Positions 25,972 to 38,400 of a stretch of 64,000 nucleotides of DNA are shown here, one piece after another; position 1 is the first letter of the stretch; every line of letters begins with the position of its first letter. The translations under genes and the position numbers were made by a program. The notes beneath the pieces are model-generated. The model had not been told where the DNA came from. It did not search any database and saw nothing but the letters and a program-made list of their open reading frames with translations. Origin of the DNA: a virus; the IMG/VR virus record IMGVR_UViG_3300021964_007043, one strand, 5' to 3'.

Positions 25972-28458
25972 ATGGCAACAACAGGAAACTATACTAGATC
26001 ACCGTCCAGAGGAAATACTCTAAAAGATCCAGGCCCCTACGAAGCCATTGTGGTTAACCATCTTGATAGAAAATATATGGGTGGCTTAGAAGTAGAAATA
26101 CTTAGATATACCGGATCTGGTAGTACGCCTGAAAGAACAGGTCAGTTAGCAAACGTTCGTTACCTAATGCCTTTTTATGGTGTTACACCTAACAAAGGCC
26201 TAACAGATAATGACGGATACCAGTTTACACAAAAATCTTATGGCATGTGGATGGTACCACCGGATATCGGAACTAAGGTTCTTTGTATATTTGCTGAAGG
26301 TGATCTAAACATGGGTTACTGGATTGGATGTATTCCTGAAGATTATATGAACTTTATGGTTCCAGACGGTCGTGCAAGCACAGAGCGTACAACGGAACAA
26401 ACTCCTCCAAACTTAAAAGGAGCAAAACTACCTGTAGGTGAATACAATAAAAAAGTGGAAAAGGGAGAACTTATAGATCCTACACTTTTTAACAAACCTT
26501 TTAACAAAGATTTTACAAATGTACTAGAAACACAAGGTTTAATTTTTGACGAGGTAAGAGGAACAACTACTTCTAGTGCCAGACGAGAAGTTCCTAGTGC
26601 AGTTTTTGGCATCAACACGCCGGGAACAAAAGATAGAAGACAAGGTTCACCAAAGTTTGAAGTTGGTGCAGCACCAGAAAAAACAAATGCCCCGTACAAC
26701 CGACTAGGCGGACATAGTTTTGTTATGGATGATGGTGATGACAAGTTTATAAGAAAAACACACGCAGAAGATGGACCTCCTATCTATGTAAACAAAGAAA
26801 TAGGTGATCTCGGTGGCGACGAGACTATTCCTCAAAATGAAGTTATGCGTTTCAGAACACGCACCGGACACCAAATACTTTTACATAACTCAGAAGATTT
26901 AATTTATATTGGTAACAGCAGAGGAACAGCATGGATTGAACTTACAAGTGACGGTAAAATAGACATTCATGCAGATGATAGTATTAGTATTATGACTGAT
27001 AATGATTTAAACATTACTGCCGAAAGAGATATTAACTTTGAAGCTGGTCGTAATATTAACATGAAAGCCACAGCAAGATACAGCAAAGGTGCAGAAACTG
27101 ATGCTAGAAGTTTGGAAAGTGGTAGAATACAGTTTGAAGCACAACATAACTACAACTTAATGGTAGGCAAAGATTCTAAAATTACAGTAGGTAGAGACCA
27201 ACATAACGGCGTTGGTAGAGATAGTTATCATACAAACGGTAGATTTTATCATCTAAACAGTACTCAAGATAATAGATTTAGCACACAAGGATCGACACAT
27301 ATAAGCAGTTCTAGAGAACATAGAGAAACTGCTACATATATTCATATGAATGGTCCAGGAGCAGCACCTGCTAGCCAAGCAAAAACTGTAGATCCGTTAA
27401 GTACTACTACATTACCTTATGTTATACCTGGCGGACAAAAGCCAGTTGCTTACCAAAGTATTTTAACAAGAGCTCCGCAACACGAACCATGGCCTCATCA
27501 TGAGAATATGGATCCTTTATCTTACAAAAAACCTGAAACAGATAGAGAATCACCAGGAGGCCTTGCTACAGCAGATAGAGTTATTACTCCTGATACATTT
27601 GCTAAAAACAAAGGTAACAGAGCATGTTCAGCATATGTAGCAGGCAGCGGAGGAAATATTAGTTCTGGAAACTACGATAGTAGAGCAGGCGGCTCGGGCT
27701 CAGGTACAGGTACAGTGCCACAAGGCGACTATACAAGTAGTGTACAACTTCCTGACACTGGAGATTATAGATTAGGTACATTATCAGCTTCTTACGAGTC
27801 AGGAAGAGAAGGCCCTATTGCTATTGGGTGGGATAGTACCGGCGGCTGGAGTTATGGACAGTACCAGCTTGCTGCTAAAACAGGTGCAGTCGGCGAATAT
27901 GTAAGTTGGTGTCAGACTAATGCTACATCAGTATACGAATCATTGTCGAGAGCTGGCGGTGATGGTGCAGCAAGAGATGGAAATGAAACCTTTAAACAAA
28001 CATGGCGCACATTAATGTCAGATGCACATGCTGCTGAAACACAGCATGAATACATTGCAAACAAATACTATGGAGGAGGATTAAGAGCTATACAACGTAG
28101 AACAGGTGTTGATTTAAGTTCTCGTTCTCCTATTGTCGGTGATGTTATCTGGAGTACAAGTGTTCAACATGGCGCAGGAGGTTGTGCAAGAATATTTGAA
28201 AGAGCATTTCAAGCATTAGGTACTACAAACCCGAGCGATAGTGCTATTATTGAAGCAGTGTACAATGAAAGAGGTAGGAATAACGGACAAGCATACTTTG
28301 GTAGAAGCACTGCTGCTGTTAGATCAAGTGTAGTAAGGCGTTTCCAAAATGAAAAAGCAGATGCATTACGTTATCTAGCACAGTGGACTGAATCACAAGG
28401 CCGACCTACACTTAATAGTGGTGATACAGTAGATGGAACCACTCCAACAGTAGGTTAA
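25972..28458 (+). CDS. gp5: Baseplate hub / spike protein (gp5/VgrG-like) with a C-terminal lysozyme-like domain
   Basis: OB-fold motif GMWMVPPDIGTKVLCIF; RTRTGHQILLHNSEDLIYI beta-helix region; C-terminal YESG...GGWSYGQYQ...WSTSVQHG. Confidence 0.8.
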   Translation: MATTGNYTRSPSRGNTLKDPGPYEAIVVNHLDRKYMGGLEVEILRYTGSGSTPERTGQLANVRYLMPFYGVTPNKGLTDNDGYQFTQKSYGMWMVPPDIGTKVLCIFAEGDLNMGYWIGCIPEDYMNFMVPDGRASTERTTEQTPPNLKGAKLPVGEYNKKVEKGELIDPTLFNKPFNKDFTNVLETQGLIFDEVRGTTTSSARREVPSAVFGINTPGTKDRRQGSPKFEVGAAPEKTNAPYNRLGGHSFVMDDGDDKFIRKTHAEDGPPIYVNKEIGDLGGDETIPQNEVMRFRTRTGHQILLHNSEDLIYIGNSRGTAWIELTSDGKIDIHADDSISIMTDNDLNITAERDINFEAGRNINMKATARYSKGAETDARSLESGRIQFEAQHNYNLMVGKDSKITVGRDQHNGVGRDSYHTNGRFYHLNSTQDNRFSTQGSTHISSSREHRETATYIHMNGPGAAPASQAKTVDPLSTTTLPYVIPGGQKPVAYQSILTRAPQHEPWPHHENMDPLSYKKPETDRESPGGLATADRVITPDTFAKNKGNRACSAYVAGSGGNISSGNYDSRAGGSGSGTGTVPQGDYTSSVQLPDTGDYRLGTLSASYESGREGPIAIGWDSTGGWSYGQYQLAAKTGAVGEYVSWCQTNATSVYESLSRAGGDGAARDGNETFKQTWRTLMSDAHAAETQHEYIANKYYGGGLRAIQRRTGVDLSSRSPIVGDVIWSTSVQHGAGGCARIFERAFQALGTTNPSDSAIIEAVYNERGRNNGQAYFGRSTAAVRSSVVRRFQNEKADALRYLAQWTESQGRPTLNSGDTVDGTTPTVG

Positions 28459-28465
28459 ATACAGT

Positions 28466-28903
28466 ATGAGCGATTTAGAAAAAAACTTATATAAACGAGT
28501 AACTGTTCCTGCAAAAAGCAAAACAGCAACTTCAGGACGAGCATACAGGGGATTCAGCACAGTTGCATCTGAAACTAACGACTGGACACTGTATGATTTT
28601 GAACTTGTTAAACAAGATTTAATAAATCATTTTCATATTCGTCAAGGCGAAAAACTAAGCGATCCTCAGTTTGGATGTATTATTTGGGATCTTCTTTTTG
28701 AACCTTTTACACAAGAAACACGAACTGCTATTATTGAAAATGTTACAGAAATTATTAACTATGATCCTAGATTACAAGCTAGAGATGTAATAGTAGATAC
28801 TTATGAGAATGGCATACAAGTAGAAGCAAGCGTTACTTTTATAAACTACAATATTTCGGATACACTAAAGTTTAAGTTTGATCAAACTATTGGCCTAAGT
28901 TAA
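28466..28903 (+). CDS. gp25: Baseplate wedge protein (gp25-like)
   Basis: KQDLINHFHIRQGEKLSDPQFGCIIWDLLFEP; TAAATA at 28456-28461. Confidence 0.9.
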   Translation: MSDLEKNLYKRVTVPAKSKTATSGRAYRGFSTVASETNDWTLYDFELVKQDLINHFHIRQGEKLSDPQFGCIIWDLLFEPFTQETRTAIIENVTEIINYDPRLQARDVIVDTYENGIQVEASVTFINYNISDTLKFKFDQTIGLS

Positions 28904-28952
28904 ACGCTCGGTTAATAGATCAGATAAATATCATAGTATAGAAGGAAATGCC

Positions 28953-31900
28953 ATGTCATCAACAGATAGACAATCTAGATTATTAGTTGCAGAGGATTGG
29001 AAACGCATTTATCAGTCATTTAGAAATGCTGATTTCCAAAGCTATGACTTTGATAACTTAAGACGCACTATGATTCAATATTTGCGTCAAAACTACCCTG
29101 AAGATTTTAATGATTATATTGAGTCAAGCGAGTTCCTTGCTTTAATAGATATGATAGCATATCTAGGACAAAACCTTTCCTTCAGAATAGATTTAAATGC
29201 AAGAGAAAACTTTTTAGAAACAGCTGAACGCAGAGAAAGCATCTTGCGTCTTGCAAGAATGTTAGCATATAATCCAAGAAGAAATCAATGTGCAAATGGT
29301 TTACTTAAAATATCAACAGTAAAAACTACTGAAAGCATTTTCGATTCAAACGGGTTAAATCTTGCAAATACAGTTATTAAATGGAATGACCAATCTAACT
29401 CAAGTTATTTTGAACAGTTTATTAAAGTTTTAAATGCAGCACTACCTGTACAAAACACTATCGGTAATCCTTTAAAAACGGCAACAATCAATGACATTGT
29501 AACACAAAAGTATCGTATAAATGCTACTAATACAAAACAAGCAATATATCCTTTTAGTAAAAGAATAGAAGGTAGTACAACTAGATTTGAAGTTGTTAGT
29601 GTTGATATACAAGATCAGTCTTTAGTTGAAGAGCCACCTCTACCAGGCAATAGTTTAGCATATGTTTTTAGAGATGACGGGCAAGGCGCAGCAAGTATTA
29701 ATACAGGATTCTTTTGCCAGTTCCGTCAAGGTAAACTAGATGAAGGGTCATTTGGTATAACTAATCCAACACCTAATCAAGCAGTTGCTATTGATGCACA
29801 AAATATTAATGATACAGATATTTGGCTTTATGGTGTAGATACTGTTGGTGTAGAAGTTGCGCCCTGGACAAAGATTGACAGCGTAGAAGGTAACAACATT
29901 ATATACAATAATCTTTTCCAAGGTATTAAAGATGTATTTGCTGTTAATACAAGAGTTGGCGATAGAATCAGTTTAATCTTTAGCGATGGAGTGTTTGGCA
30001 ATCTTCCTAGCGGAAACTTTAAGACATATTATAGAACAAGTGCAAATAGAAGCATGGTAGTTACTCCTAGTGCAATAGGTAGAATAGATATTGAAATACC
30101 TTATCAAGGAAGAAACGGAAATCTAGAAACATTGTTTTTTGGATTAGAACTTAAAACTACAGTATCTAATAGTTCTCCTAGTGAAACTAATGATGAAATA
30201 AGAACAAATGCACCTGCAACTTATTATACACAAAATAGGCTAATAACCGGCGAAGATTATAATATTGGACCGCTGGCAATAAGTCAAGATATTATTAAAA
30301 CAAAAAGTACAAATAGAATAAGTGCAGGAATAAGTAGATATCTTGATTTAAAAGACGTAAGCGGAAAATATAGCAATACTGATTTGTTCTCTACAGATGG
30401 TATTGTCTATAAAGAAGAGTTTGAAGAAAAAACAAAGTTTAGTTTTAATACACAAAGTGATATTGAAGGTATTGTTAATAATGCAGTCGAAGGTATTATT
30501 TCAGGCACTTATTTAAGAAACTATTATTTAGATAAGTTTCCAAGAAATATTGTAAGTGATCTTTCTGTTTCTTGGAACGCAGCTACAGAAGCAACTAACT
30601 TTTACACAGGTACAGTAAAAGATATCGACGATGCTATTGTCCAAGTAGGATCGTTTACAGCTAATGCTCTTAGATATCTTGAAAGCGGAGCACTTGTTAA
30701 GTTTGTTCCACCTGAAGGATATTACTTTGATAAAAATAACGATCTTGTGTTAGGAACAGCTACAACTAAAAACTCTAAAACTTACATTTGGACAAAAGTT
30801 GTTAGTGTAGTTGACGATGGTACAGCAATAGATAATAACGGTTTTGGAGCAATCACAGTAAATGACGATATTCCACAGGATGCATTATTATCAGAGATTA
30901 TTCCAAAGTTTAACCGCTCTTTAAATAACGATGTGAAGGCACAAATTATTGATCAAACTTTTAACTATAATGATTATGCACTTAGATACGATACTGAATC
31001 TAGAGAATGGAAGTTAATTCTTGGAGAAAATATAAACACTGCAAGCGATTTTGCAGTAGGTAAATCAGGCGATGACAGCGGACAAAATCTTGATGCAAGC
31101 TGGTTATTACGTTTTAAAACAGACGGACAAACATACGAAGTATTTTATAGAAATCTTCGTTTTGTATTTGAAAGTGATACTGAGATTAAGTTTTTCTTTG
31201 ACAGTTCGGATAAAGTTTATGATGTAAAAACCGGAAAAACCTATAGAGATAAAATTGATATTTTAAGTATTAATACAGTACAAGGATCAACTGATGCATA
31301 TACAAGAGATTTTACTTGGACTATCCAGGATGCATATAGAGATATAGAAGGTTATGTTGATAACAAAAAAATAGTTATTACATATTTAGATTCAGACGAT
31401 GACGGAGTAGTTGATGATCCTGAACTTTTTGACATTTTAGTTGACTATGATAACACACTTGTTGCTAATGAAGATAAAATAGTTTTCCAAGAAAGATATT
31501 ATACATCAGACGGCGTAGAAAACTACAAATATTTTCCTAATACTGATAACACTATTTTGATTGTAGAAAACGAAGCAGCAGTTGCTCCTTATAGTTCTAG
31601 AACTGAAGGACAAATATTTTATTTGCTTGAAGAAAAAGTATTTAAAAAACTTAATAAAGCAGCAAATAATTTAAGTCTTGTAGTTGAATATAAAGCATAT
31701 GAAGGAAGATCTAATCTAAAGTTCCACTATTCGCATGTTGCAGATAGCAACTATAGAATAGATCCTGCTGTAAGTAATATTATAGATACATATGTGTTAA
31801 CAAAAAGTTATGATACTCGACTTAGAACCTGGCTTAAAGAAGAGAATACAACAAAGCCATTGCCACCAAGTAACGACGAACTATATAGACAGTTTGGATC

Positions 31901-32483
31901 TAAAATCAATGCAATAAAGTCAATAAGTGACGAAGTCATTTATCATCCAACGAGGTATAAAATATTGTTTGGAACAAAAGCAAAGGAAGATTTGCAAGTT
32001 ATTTTTAAAATAGTAAAAAATCCGGATTTAGTAACTAATAATAACGAACTTAAAGCAGACATTATTAGTGCGATTGATAGATTCTTTGCACTTGAAAACT
32101 GGGACTTTGGAGAAACTTTCTACTTCCAAGAACTTAGTACATATGTTTTATCACAACTAAGTCCAAAACTTGTTAGTTTCTTAATGATACCGAAACAAGA
32201 AACACAAAGTTTTGGTAGTTTATTCCAGATTAAATCAGAACAAGATGAAATACTTATAAGTGGAGCTACTGTAGACGATGTTGAAATTATTGACGAGATA
32301 ACAGCAGCATCATTACAAGCAAGCGGCGCAGTTATACAAAGTTCTGATAATACAAACTATACAGCAATACAAAGTAGTTCTAGTTCTAGAACTACGTATT
32401 CATCAAACACAACTTCTAGTTCATCTAGTTCTAGTTCATCTAGTTCTAGTTCATCTTCAACAGGCGGAGGCTATAGTTACTAA
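28953..32483 (+). CDS. gp6: Baseplate wedge protein (gp6-like), Ser-rich tail
   Basis: SYDFDNLR, DYIESSEFLALIDMIAYLGQNLSFRIDLNARENFLETAERRESILRLA, QNRLITGEDY. Confidence 0.9.
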   Translation: MSSTDRQSRLLVAEDWKRIYQSFRNADFQSYDFDNLRRTMIQYLRQNYPEDFNDYIESSEFLALIDMIAYLGQNLSFRIDLNARENFLETAERRESILRLARMLAYNPRRNQCANGLLKISTVKTTESIFDSNGLNLANTVIKWNDQSNSSYFEQFIKVLNAALPVQNTIGNPLKTATINDIVTQKYRINATNTKQAIYPFSKRIEGSTTRFEVVSVDIQDQSLVEEPPLPGNSLAYVFRDDGQGAASINTGFFCQFRQGKLDEGSFGITNPTPNQAVAIDAQNINDTDIWLYGVDTVGVEVAPWTKIDSVEGNNIIYNNLFQGIKDVFAVNTRVGDRISLIFSDGVFGNLPSGNFKTYYRTSANRSMVVTPSAIGRIDIEIPYQGRNGNLETLFFGLELKTTVSNSSPSETNDEIRTNAPATYYTQNRLITGEDYNIGPLAISQDIIKTKSTNRISAGISRYLDLKDVSGKYSNTDLFSTDGIVYKEEFEEKTKFSFNTQSDIEGIVNNAVEGIISGTYLRNYYLDKFPRNIVSDLSVSWNAATEATNFYTGTVKDIDDAIVQVGSFTANALRYLESGALVKFVPPEGYYFDKNNDLVLGTATTKNSKTYIWTKVVSVVDDGTAIDNNGFGAITVNDDIPQDALLSEIIPKFNRSLNNDVKAQIIDQTFNYNDYALRYDTESREWKLILGENINTASDFAVGKSGDDSGQNLDASWLLRFKTDGQTYEVFYRNLRFVFESDTEIKFFFDSSDKVYDVKTGKTYRDKIDILSINTVQGSTDAYTRDFTWTIQDAYRDIEGYVDNKKIVITYLDSDDDGVVDDPELFDILVDYDNTLVANEDKIVFQERYYTSDGVENYKYFPNTDNTILIVENEAAVAPYSSRTEGQIFYLLEEKVFKKLNKAANNLSLVVEYKAYEGRSNLKFHYSHVADSNYRIDPAVSNIIDTYVLTKSYDTRLRTWLKEENTTKPLPPSNDELYRQFGSKINAIKSISDEVIYHPTRYKILFGTKAKEDLQVIFKIVKNPDLVTNNNELKADIISAIDRFFALENWDFGETFYFQELSTYVLSQLSPKLVSFLMIPKQETQSFGSLFQIKSEQDEILISGATVDDVEIIDEITAASLQASGAVIQSSDNTNYTAIQSSSSSRTTYSSNTTSSSSSSSSSSSSSSSTGGGYSY
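32415..32456 (+). repeat. TCTAGTTCATCTAGT tandem repeat (~2.8 copies) encoding poly-Ser
   Basis: Read directly from the sequence. Confidence 0.85.
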
Positions 32484-35400
32484 TGGCTTTTAATGACGAT
32501 AACGAAACAAATCAGTCTAACTCAAAAATAACAAGTTCAGACTTTTTGCCAAAGTTTTTTAGAACTAATGCTAATAAAAAGTTTTTACAAGCAACATTAG
32601 ACCAACTTATACAACCTGGCGAAGCTGAAAAAATAGAAGGTTATTTTGGCAGAACCAATGCTAAAGCATTTAAGGCTACAGATAACTATATTGAAGATTT
32701 TTCAGACGAAAGAAAAAACTATCAGCTGGAACCTGCGTTAGTTTCGAAAGACGAGTTTGATAATGTTACTTTTTATAAAGATTATAATGATTACGTAAAT
32801 CAACTTAAAGTGTTTGGCGCAGACACTAGAAACCACAGCATTCTTAATAGTCAAGAAACTTATCCTTGGAATCCTAATATTGATTGGGATAAGTTTGTAA
32901 ACTTTAGAGAATATTATTGGTTGCCAAATGGTCCTCAAACTGTTAATGTTAGAGGACAAGCAAAAGAAGTTGTTAGTACATATACCGTAACTACAGTTGA
33001 TGACGACGATAACACATCATATGTTTTTAATGATGGTTTAACAAGGAACCCTACACTTACTCTTTACAGAGGTCAAACGTACCGATTTGAAGTAGATGTT
33101 CCAGGAAACCCTATTGCTTTTGCAATCAGTAGGACTTTTACTCCTGGTGCAGCAATACTTGTTGCTGGCACAGAAGGTATAAGAGCAAATGGTCTATATG
33201 ACGGAACTCTTTACGACGAAGAAGATGCAAACTATGATTTAGGCGAGTTTATTGTTTTACCAAGTGGCGGCAGTGTTACCTTTGAAGAAGATGAAAACGT
33301 AAGCACAATTTATCCAGACGGTATTAGAAAGTTTGGAGAAGAAGGTGAAGAAGTAGCAACAGTATACCTAGAAAAAGGAACAATAGAGCTTACTATTCCG
33401 GAAAATGCTCCAGAAAGATTGTTTTATGTTAGTAAAAATAATATTGATACTAGTGGATATGTAAAAATAGCCGACATTGAAGAAAACACTTTCTTGAATG
33501 TTACAAGTGATATTTTAGGTAAAAAAACATATACTAGTGCCAATGGTATAGAGTTTACTAACGGACTTAAAATAAGATTTCAAGGCGATGTAACTCCAGA
33601 TATATATGAAACTGATAACTGGTATGTAGAAGGTGTCGGATCGAATATTAAACTAATCAATGAAAAAGACTTGATTATTCCAGCAGCATATGCTGAAGAC
33701 AACTTTGTTCCTTTTGATAGAGAAAGTTTTGATACATTACCTTTTAGTAGAGCAAATAGTTATACTGGAACAAAAGATTATCTAGTTATTAACCGTGCAA
33801 GTCAAGATAGAAATGCGTGGAGTAGATATAATAAATGGTTCCACAAAGATGTTATATTAAAAAGTGTAGAATATAACGGAACAGAGAATACAACAGACGA
33901 AAGTTTTAGAGCAAAACGTCCTATTATTGAGTTTGAAGCAGGACTTAAACTTAACAACTATGGAGTCTATGCAAAACAAGATGTTGATTTAATCGATACT
34001 GTAACAACTGATGTGTTTTCAAATATTGAAGGCCAGGTTGGATATAGAGTAGACGGTGTAAGTCTTGCTGATAATATGAGAGTTCTTTTTGTTGCTGATC
34101 CTGATATCTTAGTAAACGGAAAAATTTATATTGTTAAGTTTATAAGAATAGGCAACAAACGTCAAATCAATCTTATAGAAGCAACTGATGCAACACCACA
34201 ATCTTTAGAAACTGTATTAGTTACCAGTGGTAATAAAAACGCAGGTAAAAGTTATTTTTACAATGGATCATCTTGGCAACTTTGCCAAGAAAAAATTGAA
34301 ACTAACCAAGAACCTCTTTTTGATGTATTTGACATTGACAAAAATAGTTTTAGTGATACCCAGACGTATAACTCTTCTACTTTTGTAGGAACTAAACTGT
34401 TTTCTTACAAAAGAGGAACTGGTAGTAATGATACAGAACTAGGATTTCCTTTAAGTTATAGGAATATTAATAATAGTGGAGATATTGTATTTGACTTTAA
34501 TCTTATGTTGGATACATTTACATATGAACAGGATACAGATTTTTTTCAAAAATCTATAAATCCGGGATTTTTGAAAAAGTATAAAAATCTTACTGACTTT
34601 GAATGGGTAAATGGATTATCTAAAACTCCTCAAAAAAGTATCCAAAAAGTTATACGCCAATACGTAGTAGATGAATTTGAAAATCAATCATTTGAAATAG
34701 ATGTGTATAATAATGCGGCCACACTATCTGATCTTGTAGTTAATGTACTTGTTAATAATAAGCTAAGAAAAGATTATATTATTGATCGTACAAATAATAG
34801 TGCATATGTTGTTTTTAACGAAGAACTTTCCGATGGTGATAATGTTATTATAAAAACAAGAAGTTCAGCTAAAAAGAATATAAATGGGTATTATGATTTT
34901 CCAATAAACTTAGAAAGAAATCCGCAAAACGAAGATTTTACAGAGTTTACATTAGGCGAAGTTATTGATCATGTTGATACAATGATCGAAGATTTACGTA
35001 GTTTTGAAGGTGTATATCCTGGAACAAGTAATCTTAGAGATATCGGCGATATAGATGTATACGGAAAGAGATTTGTAAAACATGCAGGTCCTATTAACTT
35101 ATCTTCGTATCATGTAACTAATAAGAACTATAACTTAATTAAAGCTCTTAACTACAGTAGAAGAGAGTATGCTCGTTTTAAAAGAAACTTTATCGAAGTA
35201 TCTACTGGGTTAGGTATAGATACTAATACAAAGCAACATGTTGATTTAATACTTAAAGATCTTAACAAGGATAAGCTAAAAACTGAACCATTTTATTTTA
35301 GTGATACTCTTGCATATCAATCAGCAAACGTTATTGAATATACTATTTTAGATGTTAGAACTAGAAGCTATGCATTATCGCAAGAGTTTAATCTGTTAGA

Positions 35401-38400
35401 TCTTACGAATAAAAGTGTAAATGTTTACTTAAACGGCGAACAACTTATACACGGTGTTGATTATGATTTTAGTAATCCGGGGTTTGTTGATGTATTTGCA
35501 GATTTTTTACAAGAAGGCGATATATTAGAAATATATGAATATGACTCAACAGATGGCAGTTTTATACCTCCTACTCCTACAAAGTTAGGATTATATCCTA
35601 AGTATGCTCCTGCACTTACGTATGATGATACTTTTAGACCTGAAGCAGGCGAAAGACCTGAAGACAATATTGGTTATAAGATTTATGCCCAGTCAGAAGA
35701 AGGATATAATGCTGCTGGAAAAATTGGTTGGTTCTATCCTTTATATACAACTTTACAAGCAGCACAAGATAAAGATTTGTCATTAGGCGGCTCGGGATCT
35801 GCACACAAGCATATGTTTAAAGGCTCAAACATTATATTGTACATGCCTAATACAAATGCAGTTCATGCTGGAGTAGATACTAACGTTTATGATGCATATC
35901 CTGTAGGACAACCTATGGTGAAAGGGCACGACGGAAGTTATGTAAGATGCTTTTATGATTACAGAGACAATCTATTACTAGAACTAGAAAAAAGATTATT
36001 TAATAATATTAAAAATGATTATAATAAAGAAATCCTTAATGTACAGGATTTTATAGGCGGCGAGTTTAGAAATAGTGATTATACTAGAGAAGAAGTAAAC
36101 AGTGTATTGCTAAGAGACTTTGCAGATTGGCTAACAATAGTTAACAATGACTATTCAGATCATTATTTCTATTTGAGACAGGACGAGTTTACTTTTAACT
36201 ATTCTTCTATGAAGTCTTATAATGGAAATACAATGCCAGGATTTTGGAGAGGCATCTATCAACATATTTTTGATACAGATCGTCCTCATACACATCCTTG
36301 GGAAATGTTAGGATTTACAATTAAGCCAACATGGTGGAATGATGTTTATGGACCTGCTCCATATACAGCAGATAACTTAATACTTTGGGAAGATTTACAA
36401 GAAGGCAAAATAGCAGAACCTGGAAATATTAGATATGATAACAAATATACTAGAAAAGATTTGTTACTTCATATTCCAGTAAACTCAGACGGTAGTTTAA
36501 AAACTCCTCTAGAAGCAAATATTCCTGATAACTTTGTTTTAAGACCTACAACTAATAACTTTAGTTTTGGAGATTGGGCACCTGTAGAAAATGCATGGCG
36601 TAGAAGTTCTGAATATCCGTTTGCTGTACTTACTGCAATGGTACTTAATAAACCTGCTGAAACAATAGGCTTAGGTTTTGACATTAGCAGAATACAGCGT
36701 AACTTTGTAGGTCAATACATTTATAATCCTACCAGTAAAACAATTAAACTAGATGATATATTACTACCTAATACAGTACAATCTTCACAACGTGTTATGA
36801 CAGCTGGTCTTGCAAACTATATTTCAAATCTTATATCGAGTAATATCTTGAAAGTGTACGAAGACTACCAAACTGAACTGAAGTCTATAACAAACCAGTT
36901 AGGTCTAAAAATCGGCGGCTTTACTGATAAAAATAAGGTTAAGATTATTCTTGATAGCAGAAGTATTGTAGAAGATCAGAGTCAAAATGGCGTTTTTGTA
37001 CCTGAAGAAAACTACGATGTATTTTTAAACACTAGTTCTCCAACAGACTTGATTACTTACAGTGGATTGATTATAGAAAAAGTTTCAAACGGATTTAACA
37101 TTAGAGGATATAGTAAAGACAATCCTTATTTTGATTATTACTTGCCACTTACAGGAACTAGATCGGTTGATATTACTGTCGGCGGCATCGGCGAAGCTAC
37201 CACGGATTGGGCAAGTAGAAAGATTTTTGCTAAAGGCGAAGTAGCTGAAAACGGAGGAAAGTATTATAGAGTTACTGCTGATTTTACTTCTGGCGCAACA
37301 TTTGATACAGAAAATCTAGCATTATTACCTAAGTTACCTGTTGTAGGCGGAAAAACTGCAAACTTTAAGCGTAACTTTAGTAAACAAAGTATTGAAAGAA
37401 TACCTTACGGTCATAGATTTACAACTAGCCAACAAGTAGTTGATTTTATACTTGGATATGGAGAGCGTTTAAAAGACATTGGTTTTGATTTTAGCTACAC
37501 TATAAACGGACGTCAAATAGATGACTGGAATGACAGTGCTAAAGAGTTTTTATTCTGGACAACACAAGGATGGGCAAGTGGAACATTATTAACTATAAGT
37601 CCTGCTGCTAACCAACTTTATTTTGACAGAGACTATCATGTTGTTGACAGCCTAAGCGACCCATTTTACGGATATACTATATTTGATGAAAACGGCCAAC
37701 CATTAGATTTGAGATTTAATAGTATACTTAGAGATCAAAATAGTTTTGGTATCGAGGTAGTCAATACCGATCACGGATTATATCATGTTGCACTTCCTAT
37801 TGTTCAGAAAGAACATGTTGTATTATTTGATAACAAAACAGTGTTTAACGACATTATATACCAGCCGTCTACAGGCTATAGACAAGAACGTCTAAAAATA
37901 AATGCTTATAGAACTGACAACTGGCAAGGTGGGTTTAATGTTCCAGGATTTATTTTTGATGACGGACAGTACACTTCGTGGTCAGAATATAAAGATTATA
38001 AAATAGGCGACATGGTAAAATATCGCCAGTATTATTATATTGCTACACAAAATATACCTGGTACAAATATTTTTAATGACTCACAATGGTATAGATTAAA
38101 TGAAGAACCAGAAAAGAAACTATTAACAAACTTTGACTACCGAATCAATCAGTTTATGGACTTTTATGATTTAGACAATGCAGGGTTTGACGAAAGTCAA
38201 CAAGAGCTTGCACAGCACTTAGTCGGTTACCAAAAAAGACAGTACCTAGCAAATATTATAAACGATGATGTAAGTCAGTTTAAGTTCTATAATGGGTTCA
38301 TTCAAGATAAAGGTACAATGAATGCTGTAGTAAAACTATTTGACAGTTTATCTGATAACGAAGAAGATAAAGTAAAGCTATACGAAGAATGGGCAGTACA

